Shown one piece after another: positions 1-14,777 of a stretch of 64,000 bases of DNA. Both the position numbers and the translations under genes were made by a program. The DNA comes from Yuukianura sp. NJ FZ-2021 (taxonomy: Eukaryota), in contig CM102283.1 of NCBI GenBank assembly GCA_046563655.1, positions 4,712,001 to 4,776,000 on the forward strand, given 5' to 3'. Positions within the stretch are counted from its first letter, which is position 1. Every line of letters begins with the position of its first letter. The notes below the pieces were generated by a model. That model was not told the DNA's origin. It saw only the letters and a list, made by a program, of their open reading frames with translations, and did not search any database.

Positions 1-1411
1 TGTTCAAAGCGACGGAACGAACCCAGTTCTAACTAAGATTGAAAATCCAAATCCAGGATTTGTTTCCAAACCACTCCACACTTTCCTAACAAATATCGAA
101 TCCAGTTCAGAACTTCAATTGAGATGCACTTGTGATGAATCGGGGCAAGACTTTTTACTAATATTCAAACATTTTGCAGAGAGAAACCTCGGTAATTGTT
201 TGTAATGTATTTGAAAATATTTAAGGTGGATTGAATTGTGGCTTCATGAATGGATGAATACAAACTGCATTCAGGGATCAAGAACTGAATCTGAAAGGTG
301 CAACTCTATGTTGACCTTGATGCGTTCCGTGACCTGCGTGTCAGACGGATCTCCACGGAAGTCATTTTCGGAAGCCATTTTAACAGATTTGAAATGCGCG
401 TGGGAAAATTCTGCGACCGAACTATCCACTATGTCGCACTTCTTCTTTTCAAGTTTCGTTTTGATGATGAATTTCGGTTAATAGCAGTGTTAGAAAACTA
501 TCAACTTCAAACCTCAACTTTTTGCGCTGCTAAAACTTTTTTCAGTCTTTTTTTTTTTAAACTGAAAAAAAAAAAACATTTGTCTAAAAACGGTACTTTT
601 CGTGGGAAGATGTCGTTTTTTTTTGACTTTGATGTCATACCTAAGAAATAAGAAATTAGGACCAATTTTGATTTTCTCGGATGTCAGGATTTTCTCCACT
701 AGGAATTGGACTCCACAGCATTTTCTAATTAGGAATAGCCCTGCCCGTGTTTTTGTTAAAGTGTTTAACCCGGAAAACTTCCTCACATTATCAACAAATC
801 TCCCCCCATATTTTGTATTCACATTCACACCAACAGGCGAATAGGCAAAAAAATTGGTGTATTTTTAGGAATCCGAGGAGTCAGGAGAGTAGTCATACCC
901 TGATACAATTCTAATTTTAATTTCCAATTCAGAATCTTGGGACTCTTGTTGATTTCGGTGCATTTATAATTTAACATATTAAAACTAAAATATGTTCAAA
1001 ACTTAATTAAAGTGGGTATATCAGCTTTTTGGTTTTGTTTTTTTACTATAACCAGCGATTCATCAAATGCAGTGAGACCGATGTACCCTGTTCTATGCTG
1101 TTCGGCAGTTCTGAGATCCGGCACCATTTTATTCATAACAAAATTTAAGCAGTAGAAGAGTAAGAAAATAGAAAACTAACAGACTTGCCAAAATTTAACT
1201 CTCAAAATTGTGAACCGTATTCGTAAGTAAGACATAAATAAGTAGTAATTGCAAATACAATTACGAATTACACAAACCGTAGGTTTAGGTAATGATGTCC
1301 GTAATTTGGGTATCCAAATCTTACATTACAAATCATTACATATTTCAGACATTTATTTTATTTTTATAGAAAGGATACCGATGGTATTAGTCAAACCATC
1401 TGAACAATACG

Positions 1412-3216
1412 ATGCAGAATAACCACATTCTACACAATAATGGTGCAAGTCGACTATTCTGCATGCATTGCCAATGCTCAACTACTCAAATTGGTTATAA
1501 ACCACTCAATCATCATTTAAATCTCGGAGGACCTGTAGACACTGCTGCACGAAATCTTCATCTGAGTCCGACCATTCTGGAGGCACTCACCCTCGTCTTC
1601 GGATTTAGAATGCCTTCTTCGTCGGACATAACTAATGGTGTACCACATCTTGGTACCAAAGCACAGTCTTTGGAAAATCTGGCAATTTGTATCAACTGTG
1701 AAAGTGTTCTTATTAATCTCTATAAAGTGTTTCTACTCTTCACTGAGCTGTCGAACGGGAAAGAGTCTTTTATTCTTAAGAACTCCATTATCAGTGGACG
1801 CATTCACAAGGAGGAAGACGTAATTCCGCTTCCTACTCTGCGAACAAGAATTACAGGTGGCAGAAGCAATTCTTTGCTGGTTGAACGTCTGTCGCAAGCA
1901 CAAGTCACAAATTCAGCTCATTCTCAGCATCATCTACTTGCTCCCAATACTTACAATTCCAACTTTAATCAAACAAATTCCTCCAGTTTAAGTACAATTC
2001 GTCGCGAGTTGTCTTCCGAAGTAATTGCCGAAGTGTATATTCCGAATCAACCCGCTGGAGTGACGATAACTCCAATTACCGACGCAACATTTCTTAACCC
2101 TGGGTTAGGGGTGGCGCCCTCAGTCACTGTAGAAAAACTACTGCCACCTTCCCCTGCTGTGAATATCACCAATGGAACAAAACAGAAACCTTCATCTTCT
2201 ACGGCTTCCAGAGTCGTCAGCCCGAAAAATGTTGAAGTTATAACTCTAGATGAAGAAGAGGAAGTTCAGAGTTCTAAATCGGCTTCCACTCCTTCTTCTA
2301 CTTCCGCTGACAAATCGACGCAGAAACTTAAACATATAATGCACAATAAAGGTGACACTCATGAGAGCTAATTGAATTCGACATTACAAATGCTAAAGTA
2401 TAAACACAAATAATCAATTTAATGTGCTGTTATTTAGTTGGATCACCACAACGTTTCGTGCCGTACGAGAGTCCAGTGACTAATACGACGAAATCCAGAA
2501 AGCAAAATTCAAGTATTGTAAATCAACGTGGTACAAAAAGTCCTTCAAAGCCAGACGACACCGTAACCGGTACAACTCCATCACACGTTCTGCAACCTGG
2601 GTCTTCCGACGTGTCCGGAGTGAGGGACAAGTCAAGACTGTCCGTTTCATGCCTACGAAAGGGTCTGGTGTCTGAAGTGACGACAACAACGACGAAGCAC
2701 CAGTGTGACAAATGTCCGCTGTATTTTCCTACTATTGTTTCACTATTGACGCATACGTACAAAGTGCATGGAAAGGAACCGTTATCGGAGAGCCGTGAAA
2801 GTTTTCTTTGTCCGCGATGCCCGTCGAAATTTCAATCTCAAGTGTCTTTGAAATTACACCTCCGACATCACACCAAGTCACCTCAGTACAAATGTACTAC
2901 TCCCGAGTGCGGGAAGAGCTACAACGCTCAAAGTACGTTTGTTGTGTCATAACGAATTCTTTTTTTTTTTGAAGGTCGAGAATTAACTTTCCGTTTTTAA
3001 TTGTCAGGGCTGTTACGACGGCACGCGACGATGACTGGTCATTCAGAAGGTATCAACAATTTAAACACTGGACCGCATGAAGACGAAGAAAGTGAGTCTG
3101 ACTACTGGACCAGTGGAATTCAAGTAATTCATGATCCAGACCAAGTAATGAAAAAATTGGAAGAAGCTGCGACACAAGAAAAACTTAAAAGCATACCCCA
3201 CTCATCCACAACTTAA
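1412..3216 (+). CDS. ZAD-like N-terminal domain / C2H2 zinc-finger protein (exons ~1412-2351, 2439-2932, 3008-3216)
   Basis: N-terminal CxxC...CxxC pair (CMHC, CINC); C2H2 fingers CDKC..H..H, CPRC..H..H and CTTPEC..(spliced)..H..H; GT-AG introns join the ORFs. Confidence 0.8.
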
Positions 3217-3673
3217 TGTTATGTTAGGTACTACTAAACGTTAACTTTATGAAATTTATTTTAGTTTACTTTTAGAATCTAATAACCTAGCCATATTGTT
3301 TTTACGCAAATTTTCAACATGACTCGGACAGATAAATACTTTAATAATTGTAATACACGGTGCAATGATTGAAAGACATAAGACAAGTTGTTTAAAACAG
3401 GGTTCAAGCAGTTTCCGCTCCTCTTCCTATTAGTATTCTCATGAAAAGAGGAGTCTCGTTGTTCACATATGCTTAATACTTGGTAGGTATCGATTAGGCA
3501 GGGGTGTTGGTGGTAGTAGGTTTACATACCTGCTATCGTACTGCTAGTGCCCGAGTATTGAAAAGACTGCCAAGGAAACTTTCCATTGCGGTCTTTTCAA
3601 AACTCGGGAACTCCCATATTCTGAGCAGAACGACGCCAACTAGCGAGGTTTTCAAATTTGAAGGACATGCTTA

Positions 3674-4467
3674 CCCTTAGTTTCCATTACTCGGGTAGAA
3701 AGTTACTCGGGTACTACCCGAGTAAAAATTACCCGCGTTCCAATGACATTTAGGAAGCGAGTAAGACATGAATTTTGCGCACTTTTTCACACGTGATCAA
3801 CAAAGTTCCAAATTGACTCGTCCAATATTCTCGTTGAGACTGGAGAAGCACAGCTGAGATTTTAAACACACTTACTACAACAAGTACTTTTTGCACTTAC
3901 AACCTTAATAATTGTATCCATTGCTTTCAATTAGCATATTATTGCATACTGCTGATTAATGTATTACTTTGAACGATTAATTAGACCAATATGTCTGTTT
4001 AGCACCTAATTAACCGACTTTGTGCGTGTACATTAGTATAAGTGCTGGTTAATGATTAATCACTGCTGATTGTCCTTGAAATATACTATATTGAACAAAT
4101 TAATCACAAGCAGCAGACACAAAGCAAACGTCAAAACGAAAATGAATTTTAGGAAGTCAGAAAATGTTTAAATCCGATTTTCACAATGAGAACAATAAAA
4201 AATAATAACAATTTCAAATTGTCTCAAGTTTGAAACACGACTCACGTGAGAAATTGTGCGCGAAATTCAAAATCTAACTCGCAACCTCGTTTACATTACT
4301 CGACTTGTTCTACCCGGATAAGATCTTACCCTCTTATCCGGGTAAGAAAGTGAGTTACTCTCTTTCTACTCGAGTAATGGAAACGCGATTGAGTAGGGGT
4401 TACCCTACCCATTTCCATTACTCATTTGGGAGAGTTACTCTCTTATCCGAGTAATGGAAACTAGGCC
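3674..4467. mobile_element. Non-autonomous MITE, PIF/Harbinger-like
   Basis: Imperfect TIRs (TAGTTTCCATTACTCGG ... CCGAGTAATGGAAACTAGGCC), multiple internal TTACTCG motifs, TTA on both flanks. Confidence 0.6.
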
Positions 4468-5802
4468 TTAGGAGATGTTGACCTCGATGACTTTTTGTCC
4501 TGCGCAGGTTTGACCTTACCTGTGCCCACATGTTGCCACGGATGCTGGCAGGAAGTAGCTTACCGTCGATGACCTTCTAGCAATTGTTAAATGACTGTTA
4601 AACAGGATGATCAGATCAGTAACATTTCTCGCCAATGAAAAATTCATGGCATTTAATATAACTTTTAAACAATACTAACGATAAGTAAGTTATTTTAACT
4701 CAACATTAATATTTGTCAACCCTGTATCTAACTTTCTGTAAGAAGCGTAACAAACTGCATGCAGGACGCTTCCCGAGATTAAAGAACTGAATTGAATTGA
4801 ATGGCAAAATAGCAAAAGTTAGGAAATGTTTTTCAACTTAATTGAATCAATGAAAGTAATAATAAAAATTACAACGATGTAATGTATATGCTATATTGTA
4901 TTTGAGAGTTTAATGTCAGTTAATTTCGCCGCTTTTCTAAAAGTTCCGAAACAATCACTTGCAAGTTGCAACTTTGTTTGACGGATGTAGCAGTGACAAG
5001 ACAAAGGCACAAGGTTCTAAAATCAAAATTTTACAATTTCATGGTAACATGGAAATGATAAAGCTGAACATTTTCTTAAATGGAATTTTGGCATCTGGAA
5101 ATCTGAGATAAGGCTCAGTGAATTTTTGACTCCTTGGGTTCCGTGTTTACTTTTTCTCCAGTTTTATCGTTAAGCGTTAACTTGTTTGGTCAGGATCAAG
5201 ATTCAATCTTACTAAACGTAACGAGCCTTCCTTGCCCATATTGCGTACCGAATGGAAATTTGTAGAACAGTTGTACCGGCTCTCCACCCCTTTTCCAGTT
5301 CCCTCCATTGTAGCCGCCGAACTTCCAGTTCTGGTAGGAACCAATCCCAGTGTTCTCGAAGGTTCCTTCTTCAAAGAGCCAAATCCCAAACCTCCGGTTG
5401 TATATGAATTCCCTAAAAATGTAATTGATGTTTAAATGTTCAATCAATCCGTTACTACATACCAAGGTAAATAGAATACTTATAGGTACGGTCCCTTAAA
5501 ATTGTTTTTTCAAAACCGAGTTGCTATGGGATTTTTTTCACTTCGTGTTCACTCATTTACAGTGCTGTTCAACATTTTCATCATTTTAGTCTCGATACTT
5601 TCGCCGCAAACTTAAAAATAGCTTAAAAACTCGGATGAACCTGTATTTTCACTCGAAGTGACGTCACTCGAGTGTAATTGTAAACAACTCAAGAATCGGT
5701 TTTGGTCGCTAAGGCATTTTTGCCGCCCCCTGACTACATACTACATACATACAGAGTTAAAAATAAAACATACGAATATGAATATGAATATAATTATTTG
5801 CT

Positions 5803-6048
5803 TTACTCTTTGAAATCCGACCAGCCCTTCAGTGATTTATGGTAAGGCTGCTCAAGGTTGAAGATCATAAAGTGGAGACGAAGTCCTTTTTTGTTCAGGT
5901 CAAGTTCTAATTGCTCTCCAAGAGACTTGACAGCAGCCTCCAGCTGGGCCCCATCGCTATTGCCGGTGTACTGCAATACCTTTTCCTCAACTAGGTTCCA
6001 GTAGTCCTTCAAGTTCTTGGGGTCAAGATTTATCGGATTGACCGCCAT
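5803..6048 (-). CDS. Small hypothetical protein (81 aa), divergent from CDK1
   Basis: ATG-initiated ORF with protein-like composition, head-to-head with CDK1; family not recognised. Confidence 0.4.
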   Translation of the reverse strand: MAVNPINLDPKNLKDYWNLVEEKVLQYTGNSDGAQLEAAVKSLGEQLELDLNKKGLRLHFMIFNLEQPYHKSLKGWSDFKE

Positions 6049-6535
6049 ATTCCTTTGCTAACGCGAATAAATAAACCACCGGAAACTTAAATTATTTATA
6101 TTATATAATTATTTATCTATGTTTTGTTATTGCAATTAATTGCAACTGCTTTGGTAAATGAATTTGAAAGTGGGCTTGGTTTGAGTATTTACATCATTTC
6201 GCATTTCGCTGCTCTGTCGTACTGTCTCCGCCACACGCGCTACGCGCCAGCTGCGCGGCGCCACGATAGTTACTATTTTTCGTCGGATCCGTATCTGCCA
6301 ACTCCTAGGATTAGACTCATCGTCTTTGTTTTGGTTTTGTCCGTTTGTTCTTGACCATTTTTTTTATCTAAATCTTTTACTGTGGGTTTTACTCTTTTAT
6401 TACAGTGAAAAAAGCCTGGATTCTCATCCGTCCGCTGTCGTCTTTGTTACAACGAATTACTAACCACGACCAGTCATTAAGTTGCCGTATAGGTTAATTA
6501 AATTTAGTTTCTCTCAAAGCAGAAAGGTTCCAGAA

Positions 6536-7899
<1,364 letters not shown>

Positions 7900-8598
7900 G
7901 GCCCAAACATCAATACTATTACTTGGGCGTAGCCATCCAACAATTTTCTATTGCAGTTGGATCAATTTTTCACACATTTTCTACCGTATTTTCAAGTTGG
8001 TAGATTTATCATTCATAGGTTACAGTTAGTGCAAGAAGTGGAATCCCAATCCCTTCTACAAGACGCAAGTCCGTCTCTTCGTAATTAATAAAATCATTTA
8101 CATTGAGCTTATAATTATAATTTTTTTTTGATTTTTCACCTTTTCACAACAGCCAGCCTAAAACCGCGAAAACATTTTCCGGAAGGTTTCGCCTACCTAA
8201 ACCTCGGACTTCGTGTAAGTGTATTGCTTGAGAATTCGCTCAGAGTATTACAGGCACCCATACAGGGTCTATCCAATCCTCTTTTTGCAGAAGTTGATCG
8301 GACCGGTGTTTCTGAGAAGATTCAAAACAAGAAATACTACAACGTTGGAATAACTTAATTAGTACATATATATATAATAGTGTATAATACTATAACTTCG
8401 GCTGATTAACGACTTCCAAAGATCTGAGCAGGGTTTCGCTCTTAACTGTTAACGACCGTGATTTGATACCACAGCCACAGCGACGGCCGTTTTCGTTTGG
8501 TAGGACGAAGTACGTCTTCGTTTGACACCGGATACCGCTATTACCTCTTCCGCGCCAAGTTTTCGGGTGACGTAAATACATTTCAAGTGGTTCGCACA

Positions 8599-10525
8599 AT
8601 GAGTGGCGGTGTTTATGGAGGCGGTAAGTATTTATCCAGCACTTCAACATCCAAATCTAACATTAGTTAATTTACCTAATTTAAAACACACAGATGAGGT
8701 GGGTGCCCTCGTATTCGATGCGGGGCATTTTTCGTTTCGGGCTGGTTATGCCGGAGAAGACATGCCAAAGACGGAGATTCCTTCTATGGTCGGTGTCACT
8801 GAGATTGTCAACATAGCGGCCAATGAAGGACAAGACGGGAACAAGGATCTGTCACTCTCAGCTGATATAAAGCCAATAATCAAGAAATACACTATTGACA
8901 CAGCCAATATTCATTTTCCCAAAGCAGGTGATTCAAGAAAAGCCAGTTCAATCTTGGAAACTAACTTAAGCTAACTTATCTTGCTAAATCTTTTCTAAAT
9001 TTTGAGTTGCGCAGGGATGGAGCTGAACACATTCTTGAAGGACGGGTCAATCGATGACTGGGATATGTTCGAGCAGGTTGTGGACTACGTGTACGGTCAT
9101 TCTTTGAATGCTGATTGTCAACACCATCCGCTCCTCATGACAGAACCACCGTGGAATCCGAGAAGCACGAGAGAAAAGCTTACGGAAATCTTTTTCGAAA
9201 AGTTTGTAAAAGATAATCAGGATTGGAGAAATATTTAAAAAGTTTATTTTTGGCTATTTTAGATACCAAGTTCCGGCCTATTTCTTGGGAAAGACGGCTG
9301 TGTTGGCAGCATTTGCAAATGGACGTAGCACTGGAGTTGTGGTAGACAGCGGTGCCACTCATACTTCGGTTATACCTGTTCACGACGGATATGTCCTGTC
9401 CCAGGGTACGTCAGTTTTTGCTGCAACTACGTTGACCCTCACAAATATTGCAGTGTTGATGATCATTTGAAATTACAGGAATTGTGAAGACTCCACTTGG
9501 TGGCGAGTTCATTACAAAACAATGCCGTGCATATTTTGAAGAGGCAGGAATCGAGATAATTCCGCCGTACATGATTGCGTCCAAAGAAACAGTGTGGGAA
9601 AACGAAAAAGCAAAGTTTGTAAAGAAGCCGAATTTACCTGAAGTTCGAAAGTCCTACCACGAATATATGGTTAACGTATGACACTGAGCGAGCATGGACT
9701 CTCCTTCAACTAATTGAATGTGTTTCTTTATAAGTTAATCCTGATTTAATTGTTTTTGTTTGTAGGAGGTTGTCCAGGACTTTCAGCAGACCGTTCTCCA
9801 AGTATCTGATGGTCCTTATGATCAAGAAACAGCACAAACAATGCCACACGTTTCCTATGAATTTCCAAATGGTTTTCACCAGGTAAGGAAAACGCTAAAG
9901 CAAACTTAGTTCTAAATTATTGGCTGTTAACATACGAAAATGAAAACTAACTCTGCAGGACTTCGGCGTTGAACGCTTTCGAATTCCAGAACCGCTTTTT
10001 GATCCCAGCGCGCTGCGGGGAAGTGTGAGTGGGAGTTCTTCCATGTTGGGGGCCGGGCACATGGTGAACACATCCGTGGGAATGTGTGACGTTGACCTGC
10101 GACCGGTAAACTCCATTTTCGTTGAACTGCAGACAATGGTACATGTTATTCTAAGTTTTGTTCTGATTTACAGTCGCTTTATGGCAGTGTGATCGTGACT
10201 GGAGGAAATTCCCTTATTCAAGGGTTCACCGAACGACTGAACAGAGACTTATCAGCCAAAACCCCGCCGGTTAGTTTCTACATTTCTCTATAATCAACCA
10301 TGAACCATGTTTTTGAAGATTCTGGAATTAATTCCATTCACCTCAAAATGGATTTAGAGCATGCGCCTGAAAGTGGTGGTCGTTTCAAGCAGCGGAGAGC
10401 GTAGGTTTGGCGCCTGGATAGGAGGATCAATCCTTGCATCGTTGGGTTCCTTCCAGCAACTTTGGATCTCAAAACAAGAGTACGAGGAAGCCGGCAAAAC
10501 ACAGATTGAGAGGAAGTGCCCGTGA
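8599..10525 (+). CDS. ACTL6A: Actin-like protein 6A / BAP55 (Arp4), multi-exon
   Basis: Starts [67 protein letters not shown]; ends ERKCP*. Confidence 0.95.
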
Positions 10526-11038
10526 AAGTTCATTCTCATCTTGCTCTTTTGTACAAACTGTCTCTCATTTACGGTTTTTTAATAAACAGATGACTTAAGC
10601 TCTGCTTCAAATATTACTACGATAATTTATTCCTGACCGTTGGATCTTTATGCGGCTTTACCGTTGGATCTTTATCTTTCACAAATCCATTCGGTACTTC
10701 GCTAATTAAAATAAGAACGGAATGAAGATGATACAAAATCAGGTGAAGGAAGCGTCAAGTTGCTTGCGTAAACATGAAGAATTATTTGAATGATTTATAT
10801 TTAATGCATAACTATCTTTTTTTAAGGAGCGCTCCAGGCAGTGAGTAATTTTAACACAGACTTGCCCGCAGAGCAACTGTCATTCCCATTGTTGTGTTGT
10901 TTGTTGAGTGTGTGTGTTTGTGAGGCGAGGGTTGGGTTGTGGGTTGTGTTAATCCAGCTGATCAAGGTTCAATTCAATTTCTTTTTTGACATTTTCTAAT
11001 TAAACGTCAATAGGTTACAATCCAAAGTAATCCACAAA

Positions 11039-14000
11039 ATGGCAACACAACGCCTCATGAGCGAGGATGAAGTTCTGCATTACTTTATTGTAAATGGAGG
11101 CCATGTTCGCAACAACGATATTGTTACGCACTTTCGAGGCTACCTTGCGAACCCCGGAATCAGAGGTTACTGAATTTCGTTTACATTTTGATTGCTGGTC
11201 GCTAATGTTGTGGCGATAATTTCATTTATTCCAGATGAAGCCCGTGCTCTATTCAAAATGATTGTCAACAAATTGGCGACTGTTAAGGTCGAAAATGTAA
11301 GTCATCCAGCACAAGCATGTGTTCGTCATTGTGACAAGGGTTTTTGTTGCTTTGCTTGTTTACGGCACGCTGGAAGTAATTCAACACGATTTTTTTTCCG
11401 TTTCTTTACTAACCAACACAAAGAGCGAGAAGTTTCTTGTCCTCAAGCGGCAGTATTTTCCTCCGATAGATGGGAATGGGAATCCTTCACCGGCATCGAA
11501 CCACCAGCAATATTACAGTAACCAAGGCCATGACACCGCTGCTATCTCGCCTCCGTTCATACCGTTCCCAATTCAAGCTCCTCCTCCTTACGTACGACCG
11601 AGTCCTTACGATCACACTACGCAGGTACAAGGAATGACTGCCGTAGGTCCACCTTTCCGGCAAGAACTTTCGAAGGCACAACAATCTAACTATCATCACA
11701 AATCCGCGTCACAATTTTCCCTTAACACTTCAGCGGAAGTACCCTCACCGGGACACAATTCTCACAGGAATTTGGAACCGAGGAAGAGTTACTCCGGGAG
11801 CTCGGGAGCGGATTTTCAATTCGGACTTCCCCCTCCGCCAAAGCAAAGTCCGCCGCGAAGATTATCATTTAGCTCCAATTTGTCAATGACGGCAGTAGAT
11901 GGGATCGGTATTAGTGTGCCGGGACGACCCGCTCATATTCCGCCGCCATATCGGCCTCCACCTCCTGTTATTAGTCCAACATCTCCGCCTTCGAGGCCTA
12001 TCCAACCCAATTTCCAAAGCCCCACATTCCAGCACAGTTTTATACCGCCGCAACAACCACCGTACCGAAGAACACAATCAGGTTCGTACACATTTGATAC
12101 CAAACACAATTATTACTGAAAACTCCGCTCACGGTGTTCTTCTGTTGTAACTTTTTCATCTCCTTGGTAAAAACTATTCAAATCCAGACAGAGCCATAAA
12201 GTGACTGCGCATAGATAAACAAGAAATCCAGTTTTGCTTTGTAGAAAAGATAACATTTGATTCATGATTCATCCTAATAACCATCCACAATAAAGTATGA
12301 AGTGGATGAGATAAATTTATCTGAATTATGGATGAGGCACATTTTCGCGAATTGTGAATTCATGCTAATTTACAGTGTGTTGGTTGTGTGTTGCACTTGA
12401 CTTTTTGTTTGCGGTTTCTATTTTCCTTGTTTGTTTAGTTTTCATTGAACGTTGTCCAGCATAGCATAACTCATTTTCCTTTCTTCAGTTTCAGGATTGA
12501 GAAGCTACAGTTCCAGTTTGAGTGTTTTTGATACTACTACGAGTCCGTCCAGCTTCTCAGTTTCAAGGGATCAAATTCCAGCGACTTCCAGTATTTCTAC
12601 TCCACCTCCCCCAGTGCCACCGAGGGCTAAACGATCCGCTTCATTTGTTGGGAGGGGAACACCAATGGAAGAGGGGGAGAGATGCTGCGATGAGAAGGAG
12701 AACCAGCATCCCAACGGCGTCATCCCTAGTGTAAGCGTCACAGCTAGTAGTGAAGAGGCTGAAGATGAACGACGCGAAGGTGAAGCGACTCCAGTCGCTG
12801 AAAGCGACGACCCCAAAATTAGTGTACGAGAACGAATGCAGAAGTTCAATAACGTTGTGGAGGCGGATACGAGTCCACCAAAGGGTACCAGCGGCGGAAA
12901 TTTAGGCGTGAGAAGAGAAGGGTCCAAGGTACTTGCTCCTTCCTGTATTTTATATCACTTTGATGAACTCAAACACTAACCAAAAACAATTGAATGAACT
13001 CTTTTTTTTAGGATTCCGGTGATTACGACACTTCATCTCTTTCGTCAGTAAGTTTGTTGCCAGTGTCTTAATTTTAATTAGTTTGCATGTAATCTTGGAA
13101 GATTTGAGATTGTCAATTAGCTTGATAATATTAGACTATAACCGAGTAATTTAATTGCAGTTTAGTTACGGCTATGTTCCAGAACCAAAAGTACGGGAAT
13201 GGATGCTGAAGGCGGCGAAAACGGATTACGCAGGAGTAAATAAAATGGCACAAGAGATGCCGTCTCTTGTCAAGAGAAAAGACATGAATGTAAGTTCGCT
13301 CAGGCGGTAACTATCATTTCATTTTCGTGAGGCAAAACTTATGAAATTCTTACGATTTTTCTTTCTGTCTAGGGTTATGTAAGTCCGCAATTCTAGAAAG
13401 TCAATTCAAACGTGTGCGAGTGAAAACGCTTACTAATGATCCAATATCTCTCAATAGACAGCTCTGCATTGGGCCGCGAAGCACGGGCATGTTGAACTTG
13501 TGAAGCTCCTCGCTGGAACCTACAAGGCCAACGTCAACGCAAAATCTGTATACCCATATGCTATAATTTATAATTTTTTTTGGTAAAAATGGCACTAATC
13601 AAAAACTTTTTCTTTGAAATACCTCATGACTTGAAAGAATGGGGTAAGTGCACTTTGCATTGAATCAAACGAATCGCAGAAGAAAGAAGCAGGAGATGTC
13701 TAAACGGTTCTATTTTTTTGAATTCTAGGGATACACACCACTTCATCTCGCAGCGCAATTCAGTCGCCAAGATGTTTACGATATCCTCATCAAAGTGTAC
13801 AGTACGACATGTGGAATAGAAATTACAAATATCTTGAAAATAATTAGCAATTCCTTTTCCCAGCATTTATATGAAATACTGACAGTTGAACTGCAACTGT
13901 TGAAGGTGAAGAGTAAAACTAAAGTATGTTTGTATCTCCAGACGCAGATCCCAACGTGAGAGACCATGGTGGGAAGAAGCCGATGCAATACCTCGTGCGA

Positions 14001-14633
14001 AAAGACACATCGTTGTCTGCACATAACGACAAAAGTAATTTATAACACGAAATCTATTGGTTCTGCCCTAAGAACTAATTTTCGATTGATCGGTTGGGTA
14101 CATTTTTTTCTTAGAAGTGAAAGACAAACGGCGAACTGTACACGACAAGGACAAGGATCGAGACAGCCAGTTTGGAAATGCTTTTCTCCGTATCGGCTCT
14201 CTCAACGTCCGAGTCAAGAAAACGACAGAAGCCTTTGGGCACTTCTTGGGAAAATCTAGCTCTTCTTCACATGTCGACAGAATGATGCAGAAGAAATGGG
14301 GCTCGGCAGACAGTCTTCCAGAGGCAGAGGTAGGTGTTCTTTGCAGTCTAACAGTAAACATTAGTAAATCAAACTCATCCTAAGAATGTGGATTTTGTTT
14401 TAACTCAGAACGAAAGTAGCCTAATGCCTCCGCCGTCCAGAAACGTCGTTGCCAAGTCCGGTGGATCTTCGAAATCCCGAAAACTCAAAAACAGAAAGTC
14501 ACTTCAGATGCCCTTCCCTGCCTCTCCGAACCTAGAATCAACCATTCCTGGTGCACATGAAGAAAAGAATAGTGGATCAGAATCGGACAATGCATGTGGA
14601 TTTGGAGGATCGGAGTGGAAGAGAACGACGTAG
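11039..14633 (+). CDS. SOWAH: Ankyrin repeat protein, SOWAH (sosondowah) family, multi-exon with micro-exons
   Basis: N-terminal GGHVRNNDIVTHFR..FKMIVNKLATVK..KFLVLK, Pro/Ser-rich middle, SVRERMQKFN, ankyrin repeats TALHWAAKHG and GYTPLHLAA, KKWGSADSLP. Confidence 0.85.
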
Positions 14634-14777
14634 AAGCATCGGCTTCGCTTCGTCATTCTAGCCGTAATAAACCTGGTAGGTTAAAGCTACGTTATGATAA
14701 TATTTTTAATTGCAACTAAATTAACTTTAAATAATATGAATAATAAAATGATTTTTGTCAGTATAGTTTGTACGGTT

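Noticed and set aside
1-481. Possible 3' end of a gene at the window start
   Set aside because: Open frames at 2-191 and 228-481 look protein-like, but I could not join them with a phase-compatible intron or recognise a family
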